32,787 bases of DNA from Oligoflexales bacterium (GTDB taxonomy: Bacteria > Bdellovibrionota_B > Oligoflexia > Oligoflexales > RGVZ01). The position numbers and the translations under genes were made by a program. Positions 16,923 through 25,182 of the stretch are shown in pieces. The stretch lies in contig JBIIGV010000020.1 in NCBI GenBank assembly GCA_044236265.1, positions 1-32,787 of the forward strand, written 5' to 3'. Under the pieces are notes generated by a model, which saw nothing but the letters and a program-made list of their open reading frames with translations, was not told the DNA's origin and ran no database searches. Every line of letters begins with the position of its first letter. Positions within the stretch are counted from its first letter, which is position 1.

Positions 16923-17744
16923 TCACTCGATCAGAATGTCAGTGATGTAAACATTTGTGATTTTCTTATCCAAGTACTGGTTGAGCCGGTTTTTTATCTC
17001 AAGTCTTAGTTGGTCTTTCCCATCAGGACTGATCAGGTGCTCGCGTGTTTTACGGCTGATAATAGACACGACGGCGTCACGCAGCTGACTATCACGGGCG
17101 GTCAATTCTGACTTCTGATCGTCGTTACTGTATTCGAGGCGAATCTCCATGCGGACGTAACGATTCTCCAGTGGATTGCCTAAATTGAGGTGGAATGGCT
17201 TCATTTCATACATCAACCCAATTCCGGCGTAGCGACCTGTAGCGGCTTTATCGCCGCCCTCTTTAGCCTTTTCTTCCCCATGTCCGTCTTCTTTTTTTGC
17301 CTCACCATGACCACCGCTATGTGCGTCGTCTTTTTTCGCTTCAGCATGTCCGCCGCCGTGCCCATCGTCTTTTTTAGCCTCTCCGTGTCCATCATCTTTT
17401 TTTGCTTCAGCATGTCCGCCGCCGTGCCCATCGTCTTTTTTAGACTCACCATGCGCGTCGCCATCGGCTTTACCCTCCGCTTTACCCTCGGCGCCACCGT
17501 GTTCCGACTCCTTCTCGGCGTCCTCGGAGGCAGTTTCGGCTGGGGTCTCGGCGGGAGGGCTATTTTTATCCTTTGAAGATCCGCCAAGAAACTTCATCGC
17601 AGCGAAGGCACCTCCGGCAACCACGAGGAGACCTGCCGCACCGAAAATAATAAGTTTCTTTTTCTTACCCGCAGCAGCTTCCTGTTCGGGTGTTGCGGGA
17701 GCTTTTTCTTTTTTTTCTGGCTTTTTTTCTTCTTTTTTCGACAT
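16923..17744 (-). CDS. fliL: Flagellar basal body-associated protein FliL with a long His/Gly/Lys/Asp-rich linker
   Basis: Basic N-terminus, single TM helix, C-terminal FliL domain (PFHLNL, RYVRM, QLRDAVV, GKDQLR, VYITDILIE). RBS GGAG at 17751-17754 supports the ATG at 17744 rather than 17798. Confidence 0.93.
   Translation of the reverse strand: MSKKEEKKPEKKEKAPATPEQEAAAGKKKKLIIFGAAGLLVVAGGAFAAMKFLGGSSKDKNSPPAETPAETASEDAEKESEHGGAEGKAEGKADGDAHGESKKDDGHGGGHAEAKKDDGHGEAKKDDGHGGGHAEAKKDDAHSGGHGEAKKEDGHGEEKAKEGGDKAATGRYAGIGLMYEMKPFHLNLGNPLENRYVRMEIRLEYSNDDQKSELTARDSQLRDAVVSIISRKTREHLISPDGKDQLRLEIKNRLNQYLDKKITNVYITDILIE
17338..17443. repeat. Exact 40-bp direct repeat (17338-17377 and 17404-17443) within the fliL linker
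   Basis: GCTTCAGCATGTCCGCCGCCGTGCCCATCGTCTTTTTTAG occurs twice, 66 bp apart, encoding KKDDGHGGGHAEA. Confidence 0.95.
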
Positions 17745-17815
17745 TACCAACTCCGTACCGAAATCGCGCTGCGGTGGGCGTGGTTGCACCAGACACACCG
17801 ATTCATCGGATGTAA

Positions 17816-17832
17816 TTCAAAAGGTATGCCAA
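17816..17832 (-). promoter_or_regulatory. Sigma54 (-24/-12)-like promoter for the fliL operon
   Basis: Minus strand reads TTGGCATACCTTTTGAA versus consensus YTGGCACG-N4-TTGCW: correct spacing, with GA in place of GC at -12; 72 bp upstream of the fliL ATG. Confidence 0.6.
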
Positions 17833-17956
17833 AATTAGTGGGAAAAAATTTCCGTGTCGTGGGGGGTCAGGCTGTATAATGAGAGTGCCCAGATCTACAA
17901 CAATAAATTTTGTTTTTGTATTTTTGTCATACTTGAAGACGCCAACCGATCTGAGC

Positions 17957-18011
17957 GACAAAGTTCCAACAGTTGGCGCCATGAAATTGACCGAAGTGAC
18001 AAAACTATGAC
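17957..18011. promoter_or_regulatory. Three phased FleQ-like boxes (candidate enhancer for the fliL promoter)
   Basis: GACAAAGTTCCAAC (17957-17970, weak), GCCATGAAATTGAC (17978-17991, 11/14 to GTCAATAAATTGAC) and GACAAAACTATGAC (17998-18011, 9/14), spaced 21 and 20 bp apart. Confidence 0.4.
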
Positions 18012-18036
18012 GCCATCATGTGTCGAGGAGTTCTGC

Positions 18037-19296
18037 ATGCAAAGGATCCCATCTCGTGTTTCTATTATTTTTCTGCTGTTTTCGTCCTCTGTATTTGGTC
18101 AAAGTGAAAAAAGTGTTCCTACGGGCAAAGCTTCTACGGTCTTATATAGATTCAGTCTTGATCTTGGTCTTCTGACAGAGGTTCGGGGTTTTGCTCAGGG
18201 TAGATCAGCGCGCCAGGATGTTGGCTCGCAACAGGATTCAACCGTGGTGTCGGCAAATACGCCATCTTTCGGTCTTTCTAGGTCAGCCTTGGACCTTGCG
18301 TTTTATGTACCGCGCGGGGCTGGTGTTGAGCTCTCACTGAGACCTGACGCATTGAATGTCCCAGCGAATGCTAAGGAAATCGATACTCGCTCGGGCCGGG
18401 TTATTGAAGAGATGCCGTCAGTTCAACTCCTCGATGAATATCGCTTGGTCTTTAAACACACACAGGTTCAGTCACATTTGGGGGTTATTTCCAGAGTTTT
18501 AGATGATTATGCCGTGTCTCCAGAACTGTTAGGGTTTGGCCTAAGGGTGCAGGGTCCTCAAAAAAGTTTTGCCGCAGGATTTTCCGCAAATGACCTTTTT
18601 AAAACCGGACAAAGCTCGATTGGTGCGCACTCTTTAGCTCTTTCCCTGGATATTCTCGGCGGTCGTAATGATCGTCATGACGCTCGGATTGGACGTTCAT
18701 CTGAGATTGGAGAGAGTCCTGCAAAGCGTGAGCCCTACTGGGGCGGATCTTTTCAGGCGAAACTAGCCTTAGGCGAGGCTCTGAAGTTAGGAATCGGTGG
18801 TGTGACGCTTCAAGAGCGCGCAGAAACTGGTATCAGGCAAATTGATTGGTATCAATTTGCAGTCAGACAAAAGTTTGAATCAGTTATTCCATGGCCTCTT
18901 CAAGTTTCTTTTGAGGCGCGGCATTTAAGACAGGCCCATGAGCGATCTGAGACAACAATTTCAGATATTAAATTAACAAGTGTTGGCTTGCTTACGTCGA
19001 CTGACTTTCGCTCGAGTCATCAAATCCATGCTGGTGTATGGTTTGGTGATGGACAAATGCATCCAGAAGGTGTTCTGTCGAATTCAGTACCTGTGCGTGG
19101 TATCCAGTCGGAAATAGGAAGCAGTTGGTTTCTTGAGGAGCAACTGCAGCTGACAACAGCTGTTACGCGTGAGTGGCGACGCGATGGTAAAATCGGCGGG
19201 GGCTATCGTGGCGGTTTTGGTGAGGGCCAAAATGGACGATCAACTCAGAGTCGATTTGCGGTCCGTCTTAGTTACAAAATCGGTGACCAAATCTGA
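18037..19296 (+). CDS. Secreted protein, probable outer-membrane beta-barrel of unknown function
   Basis: RBS GAGGAG at 18025-18030 before the ATG at 18037 (the ORF-track start at 17854 runs through the promoter region). Sec signal peptide ending SVFG-Q, alternating hydrophobic beta strands, terminal strand FAVRLSYKIG. Confidence 0.6.
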   Translation: MQRIPSRVSIIFLLFSSSVFGQSEKSVPTGKASTVLYRFSLDLGLLTEVRGFAQGRSARQDVGSQQDSTVVSANTPSFGLSRSALDLAFYVPRGAGVELSLRPDALNVPANAKEIDTRSGRVIEEMPSVQLLDEYRLVFKHTQVQSHLGVISRVLDDYAVSPELLGFGLRVQGPQKSFAAGFSANDLFKTGQSSIGAHSLALSLDILGGRNDRHDARIGRSSEIGESPAKREPYWGGSFQAKLALGEALKLGIGGVTLQERAETGIRQIDWYQFAVRQKFESVIPWPLQVSFEARHLRQAHERSETTISDIKLTSVGLLTSTDFRSSHQIHAGVWFGDGQMHPEGVLSNSVPVRGIQSEIGSSWFLEEQLQLTTAVTREWRRDGKIGGGYRGGFGEGQNGRSTQSRFAVRLSYKIGDQI

Positions 19297-19604
19297 TGGG
19301 CAACACATCCACGTCATGGATCAAGGCTGGCGAGACGGCCGAAAGTGTTCTTGTCCTAGTTTATGCCCAGCCTGGGGGGAGATCTTCCGAGGTGGTTGGG
19401 GAGTTCGGCGGGAGGCTAAAGATTAAAATTTCATCACCCCCGGTTGGAGGTCAAGCAAATGAGGCTTTGACTAAATTTATTGCAGAGCGACTGGGCACAA
19501 AATTCAAAAATGTCGTTTTGACTCAGGGTTTACTGTCTCGCTACAAGACTTTTGAGGTGATAGGTCTTGCACCGGAGGAGATTTCCAGGAAATTACTGCT
19601 TTAA
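19296..19604 (+). CDS. DUF167 / YggU (UPF0235) family protein
   Basis: VYAQPGG, LKIKISSPPVGGQANEAL, GLLSRYK; TGATG overlap with the upstream gene. Confidence 0.9.
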   Translation: MGNTSTSWIKAGETAESVLVLVYAQPGGRSSEVVGEFGGRLKIKISSPPVGGQANEALTKFIAERLGTKFKNVVLTQGLLSRYKTFEVIGLAPEEISRKLLL

Positions 19605-19661
19605 TTTGGATGTCGGCCTTTGCTATAGTAGGGGCTTGATTTCAAAGAGGAAGGCCGAATT

Positions 19662-20117
19662 ATGAAAGCCATTTTAGCGATTTTAGCCTGCGCAGCCATC
19701 ATGTCATCGTGTATGGACCAGTATAACCCGATTCCTTACTGGAAACAGTTTACGTCTGAACGACAAATAACAAGTGCGAACAATTTAAAACTTACAGAAA
19801 AGGGTGAGATGCCAGCACCAACGGTGGCTGTTGCTGAAACCGATCCGATTTCAGGTAAGTACTCATCTCTATGCAGTAGTTGTCATGGTGCAGATGGTAA
19901 GGCAGACGGCGCAGCCTCAGCAGCCATGAATCCAAAGCCAAGAAATTTTCATGACAAAGTATGGCAAGCCAAGGTGGACGATGCTCATATCGCAAAGGCG
20001 ATTAAAGAGGGTGGTGCTGCAGTGGGGCTTTCCGGAACCATGCCTCCTTGGGGCGCTGTTCTAAGCGACGACGAAATCAAAGGACTCGTTGCAAAGATTC
20101 GTGACTGGGGAAAATAA
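19662..20117 (+). CDS. Monoheme cytochrome c lipoprotein
   Basis: Lipobox IMSS-C, heme motif CSSCHG, PKPRNF, axial Met in GTMPPW. RBS GAGGAAGG; extended -10 TGCTATAGT at 19621-19629. Confidence 0.92.
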   Translation: MKAILAILACAAIMSSCMDQYNPIPYWKQFTSERQITSANNLKLTEKGEMPAPTVAVAETDPISGKYSSLCSSCHGADGKADGAASAAMNPKPRNFHDKVWQAKVDDAHIAKAIKEGGAAVGLSGTMPPWGAVLSDDEIKGLVAKIRDWGK

Positions 20118-20143
20118 GTCAGAGTCTATTTAATTAGATTAGA

Positions 20144-21436
20144 TTAGATAAGCTCAGACTCCCATAGGGAGCTGAGCTTTTCTCTTTCACGAATCAAGCG
20201 AGTGGCTCCACGTGTAACGGCAACCTCAGCGGGTCTCGGTCTCGTATTATAATTAGAGGCCATGGACATACCATAGGCTCCGGCCATAAGAATCGCCAGG
20301 TGGTCCCCAAGTTGAACACCCTTTAACGATGCTCCCGAGGCAAGCCAACAGGATGTTTCACAAACCGGACCGACTACATCGAAGATTTGAGATTTTTCTT
20401 GCTCCGACTTTAAATGAACTGGAACAATATGATGGTAGGCGTCATACATCGCCGGTCTAACGAGCTCTGTCATGCCTGCATCGACGATCACAAAGTTCTT
20501 CTCGTCGCCAATCTTAACGTCTATGACCTCTGTTAACAAAATGCCAGCGTCTGCTACGATCGAGCGTCCTGGCTCCAGATGGAGATCAAAGTTTGGTCCT
20601 GGTAAAGATAAACAAGCAGTTTCAACCCATTGCTTGAACGTGGGCTGATGAGCATATTCACCAGGACTGTAGGCTACTCCAATACCTCCGCCCATATCGA
20701 TATGATTTATCGGAGCTCCCATACTTAGCAAATCTAGAGCGAAGTCTTTCATGCTGATGGCGGCCGTCTTAATAGTCTCTAGATCAAAAATTTGACTGCC
20801 GATATGACAGCTAATTCCAGATAGTAGTAGATTGTCCGACTGAAGGATTTTCCTGGCCATGGTTTTAGCCAAGACAAGACTTAGTCCAAATTTTGTCTCG
20901 GCTAGCCCGGTGTTGATTTTTGCATGCGTCTTACCATCGACATCTGGGTTGATTCGCAGAGCGACTGGAATTTTTTGGCTGGTACCATTTGATAGACGCA
21001 GTAACTGATCAACCTCATGGGGTGACTCTATGTTGAAAGACGCGATATTTTCACGAATACCTAAGCGGATTTCTGACTCGGTCTTTGCTACCCCTGAAAA
21101 TACGATGCTTGAACCACTCACCCCAGCCGCAAGTGCGCGCTCAATTTCGCCTCCACTAACGACGTCCATCCCGAGACCAAGACTATTGATTGATCGTAAA
21201 ATATTGATATTGCTTTGTGCTTTCATCGCATAGAAAGCTCGGGATGACGGCGTAACTTTTAAAAGCTCATCTCTGATTTCAGATGCCCGATGCACAATGC
21301 GGTCCAAGTCGTAGATGAAGAGTGGTGTTCCATAGGTTTTGGCTAGCTCGTCGAGACTTACGCCACCAATTTCCAGGACTTTGGATTTCGGGTTTCGTTT
21401 TAAGTGTGGTGAAGGAAATTGATGAAGCCAGTCCAA
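20144..21436 (-). CDS. lysA: Diaminopimelate decarboxylase
   Basis: YGTPLFIYD, PLP lysine in FYAMKA, DVVSGGE, HIGSQ, EPGRSIV, GPVCET, GAYG..MASNYN.RPRPAEV. TTG start with RBS GGGAG at 21443-21447. Confidence 0.96.
   Translation of the reverse strand: MDWLHQFPSPHLKRNPKSKVLEIGGVSLDELAKTYGTPLFIYDLDRIVHRASEIRDELLKVTPSSRAFYAMKAQSNINILRSINSLGLGMDVVSGGEIERALAAGVSGSSIVFSGVAKTESEIRLGIRENIASFNIESPHEVDQLLRLSNGTSQKIPVALRINPDVDGKTHAKINTGLAETKFGLSLVLAKTMARKILQSDNLLLSGISCHIGSQIFDLETIKTAAISMKDFALDLLSMGAPINHIDMGGGIGVAYSPGEYAHQPTFKQWVETACLSLPGPNFDLHLEPGRSIVADAGILLTEVIDVKIGDEKNFVIVDAGMTELVRPAMYDAYHHIVPVHLKSEQEKSQIFDVVGPVCETSCWLASGASLKGVQLGDHLAILMAGAYGMSMASNYNTRPRPAEVAVTRGATRLIREREKLSSLWESELI
20150..20186 (+). 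terminator. Intrinsic terminator for the cytochrome c gene, embedded antisense in the last codons of lysA
   Basis: AAGCTCAG-A-CTCCC / ATA / GGGAG-CTGAGCTT followed by TTCTCTTT. Confidence 0.6.
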
Positions 21437-21448
21437 GACAAACTCCCT

Positions 21449-21811
21449 TTATTCCGATTCTTTTCGATTATTTTCGGAGGATAGATCCCAGGACGCGGTC
21501 CCATCGGCTCGGGGGCTTGAGGCTGGCTTGGACGTGGCCTGCTCGGGTACTTGATCTTGAGAAACCGGAGCCGGTGACGGACGAGTCGGCATATTAGAGG
21601 TGATCACCGCTTTGGGTAACTCAGCATCTTTTAGCTGCGCCTCAGCCTCGTGGACTACATGATCAAAAGCGCTTTTAAGATCGTTGGAGGTGCGCTTGAG
21701 ATGGACATAAAACTTAGCCACCTGTCGCAGCAACTCAGGAATCCTGTGAGGACCTAGGACAACCAAGCCAGCAAGCGCGATAATAACTAACTCTAAAAAT
21801 CCGATGCCCAT
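21449..21811 (-). CDS. tatB: Twin-arginine translocase subunit TatB (TatA/B family)
   Basis: GIGFLELVIIALAGLVVLGPHRIPE followed by an amphipathic helix and a disordered tail; the GP hinge favours TatB over TatA. Confidence 0.85.
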   Translation of the reverse strand: MGIGFLELVIIALAGLVVLGPHRIPELLRQVAKFYVHLKRTSNDLKSAFDHVVHEAEAQLKDAELPKAVITSNMPTRPSPAPVSQDQVPEQATSKPASSPRADGTASWDLSSENNRKESE

Positions 21812-21896
21812 TTGAAAATAGTCTCACTAGAACAATTCCAACATCGCGAAAACTATGGCAGGATGGGAGTCTAGCCCCAAATGGAGGGTCAAGCAA

Positions 21897-22883
21897 ATGA
21901 TTATCGTTACGGGTGGCGCCGGTTTCATCGGATCGGCATTGGTTTGGAAGCTAAACGAGAAGGGCATCTCAGATATTGTCGTCGTTGACCGTATGGGAGA
22001 AGGCTCCAAATGGAAAAATCTAGTTAAGCGTCAAATCACTGATATTATCCACAAAGATCGTTTTTTTGAATGGTTGGAGCAATTGCCTAAAGGCAAGTCG
22101 ATCGATGCGATTTTTCATATGGGTGCTTGCTCATCCACTACAGCGACCGATGTGGATTATCTTGTCGAGAATAACCTGCATTACTCGATGAACCTTTGGA
22201 ACTATTGTTCAAAGAACAAGATACCTTTCATCTACGCGTCATCTGCTGCAACTTATGGATCAGGCGAATCGGGTTACAGTGACAGTCCGAAAAACATCAC
22301 TAAGCTTCGTCCGATTAACCCATACGGTTATAGCAAACACATGTTTGATCTCTGGGCGATGAAGCAGACTATGAAGCCATCGTTTTGGGCGGGCCTGAAG
22401 TTTTTTAACGTTTATGGGCCCCAGGAATATCACAAAGGTGGTCAGGCCAGTGTTGTTTATCATGCTTTCCCCCAGGTTAAAGAGCGCGGCTCGCTTCGCC
22501 TATTTAAGAGTTATAAGGAAGGCGTCAAACACGGCGACCAGATGCGCGACTTTGTCTATGTAAAGGATGTCGTGGATGTCCTTTATCATCTTTATAGCGT
22601 TAGGCGTCTAGCCGTCAGCGGCATATTTAATCTAGGTTCCGGCAAAGCACGATCATTTGCAGATCTTGGCCGCTCTGTATTTAGGGCGCTTGGTTCAAAA
22701 AAGGAAAAATTGGAATGGATCGACATGCCAGAGCAGCTGCGTAACCAATATCAGTATTTTACGGAGGCTGATTTGGAGGAGCTTAGACAGCGAACAGGCT
22801 ACAAAAAAAAGATGACATCTTTAGAAGACGGTGTGACGGACTACGTCACCAATTATTTATCGAAAGAAGATCCTTACCTGTGA
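21897..22883 (+). CDS. hldD: ADP-L-glycero-D-manno-heptose 6-epimerase
   Basis: MIIVTGGAGFIGS, FHMGACSSTT, YASSAATYG, YGYSK, FFNVYGP.E.HKG, YQYFTEAD. RBS GGAGG at 21883-21887 supports the ATG at 21897. Confidence 0.96.
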   Translation: MIIVTGGAGFIGSALVWKLNEKGISDIVVVDRMGEGSKWKNLVKRQITDIIHKDRFFEWLEQLPKGKSIDAIFHMGACSSTTATDVDYLVENNLHYSMNLWNYCSKNKIPFIYASSAATYGSGESGYSDSPKNITKLRPINPYGYSKHMFDLWAMKQTMKPSFWAGLKFFNVYGPQEYHKGGQASVVYHAFPQVKERGSLRLFKSYKEGVKHGDQMRDFVYVKDVVDVLYHLYSVRRLAVSGIFNLGSGKARSFADLGRSVFRALGSKKEKLEWIDMPEQLRNQYQYFTEADLEELRQRTGYKKKMTSLEDGVTDYVTNYLSKEDPYL

Positions 22884-24259
22884 TGAAGGTGTTTACTGGG
22901 GGCATAGCGCCCATTTCATGGATCGCAGCGATCAATTTATTTGTGACCACATATACAGGGGCACAAGATGAAAAAAACGTACCAGGCCCGTCGTCGCCCG
23001 CTCAGTTTAGCTGTCAAAACATCGACTATGAAATCTTTGGACTTCAGCGCACCGATGAACAGTGGTTTCGTGACTACTTGGAGCTGAGCCGCGTCCTGAT
23101 TAAAAACTCAGATGATATCGAGGCGCTCCAAAAAAAAATAATGACCACAGATATTTTTACCGCGGCGAGCGTCAGGGTTGAGCCATCTGTAAAAGGTTCT
23201 TGTAAGTCCCAGATATTCGTAAATGAAAAATGGACAAGAATTCCAGTTATTCGCGGCGCATATGGTGGCGGCACACCGCTCGTAATTTTGGGTGGATATG
23301 AAACAAATGCATTTGGACGTCTATTAGCGATTGGCGGGGAGGTTCGTCGCTATGGCAACCAGCCTCCCGGAGCTTTTTTATTCTTCAAGTCGCCTCGAGC
23401 CTGGCGAGGACTTGGGCTTTGGGGGGGCGAAATTTGGCTCGACCGGCGACGGCGTCAGTTTTATGACCACAATGGTGACGTATTTGGTTTTGCAGATAGT
23501 GAGTCCCTTCTGACAAAGATGCAGTGGCTTTATCCAATTGGCCGTATTGGTCGGCATGGTTCGCTGCAGGCAGGTTTTCACCTCCAAGTCTCCCGTGAAA
23601 GCCCATCGTCCTTTGCCAAATCTCAGGCGTCCAAGGCCTCAAGTGATGAGTATCCAAGGGGTGTTTCCTTGAATACGAAAGCTGGTTTTGGCGGTGTTTT
23701 TGGGGCGATCATTGCTGGAGATGATCTGACTATTTATGGACTAAGTATGGATGGTCTTAAAGGCCGCCTGGTTGCCGGGACGTCAAGGGCGCCTCAAAGT
23801 ACTGGAGCTTTTTCCGAGGCTGAGGTCTTTGGTTACGCATTAGTTGGCCGCGACGTTAATCTTGCGGCACATGGGTTCATCGGTTCCACGACCGATAAAA
23901 CATTAAGTGGACTGTACTACTTGGGTGGGTTTGATTCAATTCGTGGGCTGCCAGATGGGATTCGTTATGGGAATAAAATCGCATACACCAATTTGGAGTT
24001 AAGGGCGGTCGCTGCAAAATTTCAATATGCCCACATTCAGTCTGCGGTTTTTATTGACTCTGGAGCTGCGTGGCTTGACTCCGAGCCTACAGGCTCGGGC
24101 CGTGAGACGTCAACGGGAGCTGGTTTTAGAATTTCTATCCCACAGGTTTATCGTCTGATACTGCGGGTCGACTACGGACTATCGATTGGAACAACGAAAA
24201 GTCGCGGTGTCAGCATTGGCTTGAATCAATTTTTTCAGCCTTACAAGCTTACGTTTTAA
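22880..24259 (+). CDS. Omp85 (BamA/TamA superfamily) outer-membrane protein with a single POTRA-like region
   Basis: Signal peptide, POTRA-like GLQRT....DIFT....VNEKW, lid-lock motif LGGFDSIRG, FIDSG, GAGFRI, RVDYG; GTGA overlap with hldD. Confidence 0.8.
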   Translation: MMKVFTGGIAPISWIAAINLFVTTYTGAQDEKNVPGPSSPAQFSCQNIDYEIFGLQRTDEQWFRDYLELSRVLIKNSDDIEALQKKIMTTDIFTAASVRVEPSVKGSCKSQIFVNEKWTRIPVIRGAYGGGTPLVILGGYETNAFGRLLAIGGEVRRYGNQPPGAFLFFKSPRAWRGLGLWGGEIWLDRRRRQFYDHNGDVFGFADSESLLTKMQWLYPIGRIGRHGSLQAGFHLQVSRESPSSFAKSQASKASSDEYPRGVSLNTKAGFGGVFGAIIAGDDLTIYGLSMDGLKGRLVAGTSRAPQSTGAFSEAEVFGYALVGRDVNLAAHGFIGSTTDKTLSGLYYLGGFDSIRGLPDGIRYGNKIAYTNLELRAVAAKFQYAHIQSAVFIDSGAAWLDSEPTGSGRETSTGAGFRISIPQVYRLILRVDYGLSIGTTKSRGVSIGLNQFFQPYKLTF

Positions 24260-24276
24260 TGACAGCCTAAAATCAG

Positions 24277-25050
24277 CTAACGAAAACATTTGCCAAGACG
24301 AAGCGGCGGTGAATTCGGCGAAGAAAGCATAAGCTGAGCGTTAGATCCATCTTTAGTAAGCTCGAAGTAAGATCCATCGGCTAGAGGATCCGATGACGAA
24401 CTTACACTAAGAACGGCACGAGCCTCGGCAACCTCCGAGAGATCTCCCGTTGCAACAAAGGCGCGTTCGGTGGCCCGCACAGAACTCAGTTTAAAATTAT
24501 TATCATCATCGATCGAAATCTTTGTTCTACGGCCCGCGCCGTTGTCGCATAACCATGAACCAGAAAAAAAGTGACGACCTGCAACTGGATCCCCTGACGG
24601 AATAGACGTAGTTTTCTTGGAGAGTCTGAGGTCAAAATTCTTATTGCGGATCCTTAATGCTGCACCGGTAAGATCAAGGTCTGTCTCGACAATTTTCCCG
24701 GCAGATCCTACGGCCGATATAGTTGAACCTGAAATCTTTAAAATGAGAGTCTTTCCTTGAAACTCATTCCAGGTGCCAACCACTTTCGCACTAGGGTCAT
24801 TTTCTAGGGATATTTCAAATTGGTAGTCTGCAGTGAAACTTGCTTTGGCGGCGAATGTTTCACTAACTGGTTCACCGGCCGAGAGAGCATTGTAGACTCC
24901 AGACCATTCAGCCATGATTTGTTCGGAGGTCGACAGCTGTAGCTGCTCTTGGCTGCCGCCTTCACCCGGAGCTTTGTCGTCTTTCCCGCAGCTAAGGATT
25001 GCTGCAGATGCAAGAATTAAGAAAGAAGACTTCAGATAAATTTGTTTCAT
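24277..25050 (-). CDS. Hypothetical lipoprotein with two lipocalin-like beta domains
   Basis: Lipobox ILS-C. Two units starting at EW/GSW followed by F/I..D..F and G.W-type strands. RBS GAGGTG at 25058-25063; -10 TATACT at 25080-25085 on the minus strand. Confidence 0.6.
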   Translation of the reverse strand: MKQIYLKSSFLILASAAILSCGKDDKAPGEGGSQEQLQLSTSEQIMAEWSGVYNALSAGEPVSETFAAKASFTADYQFEISLENDPSAKVVGTWNEFQGKTLILKISGSTISAVGSAGKIVETDLDLTGAALRIRNKNFDLRLSKKTTSIPSGDPVAGRHFFSGSWLCDNGAGRRTKISIDDDNNFKLSSVRATERAFVATGDLSEVAEARAVLSVSSSSDPLADGSYFELTKDGSNAQLMLSSPNSPPLRLGKCFR

Positions 25051-25114
25051 ATATGGTCACCTCGAGTAGCTACCCTCCTAGTATACACCGAGCCTGGCCT
25101 GAAGGAGAGTCGAA

Positions 25115-25133
25115 CTAGGCAAAATCTGCCTAG
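25115..25133. promoter_or_regulatory. Perfect inverted repeat CTAGGCA-N5-TGCCTAG between divergent genes (candidate TF site)
   Basis: 7-bp arms with AAATC spacer in the 25051-25213 intergenic region. Confidence 0.5.
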
Positions 25134-25165
25134 GCGTCTTTAAAACGACCTCGTAACGAGGATAA

Positions 25166-25182
25166 TTGGGCAAAATCTTGCT
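25166..25182 (+). promoter_or_regulatory. Sigma54-like promoter for the coiled-coil membrane protein
   Basis: TTGGGCAAAATCTTGCT: TGG-N10-GC spacing with a perfect TTGCT -12 element but an imperfect -24 extension. Confidence 0.4.

Noticed and set aside
17280..17501. Possible CRISPR-like array
   Set aside because: Only two exact 40-bp copies, in frame within fliL, with a related rather than unique spacer; no cas genes.
17190..17587. Repetitive ORFs in other frames over the fliL linker
   Set aside because: Explained by the nucleotide repeat in fliL.
17760..17815. Possible c-di-GMP-II riboswitch in the fliL leader (minus-strand GGTGCAACC)
   Set aside because: The leader is too short given the predicted promoter, and the 5' conserved elements are missing.
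22803..23427. Homopolymers A8 (22803-22810), A9 (23130-23138) and G7 (23421-23427) as phase-variation tracts
   Set aside because: Both ORFs are intact and similar A/T runs occur throughout the window.
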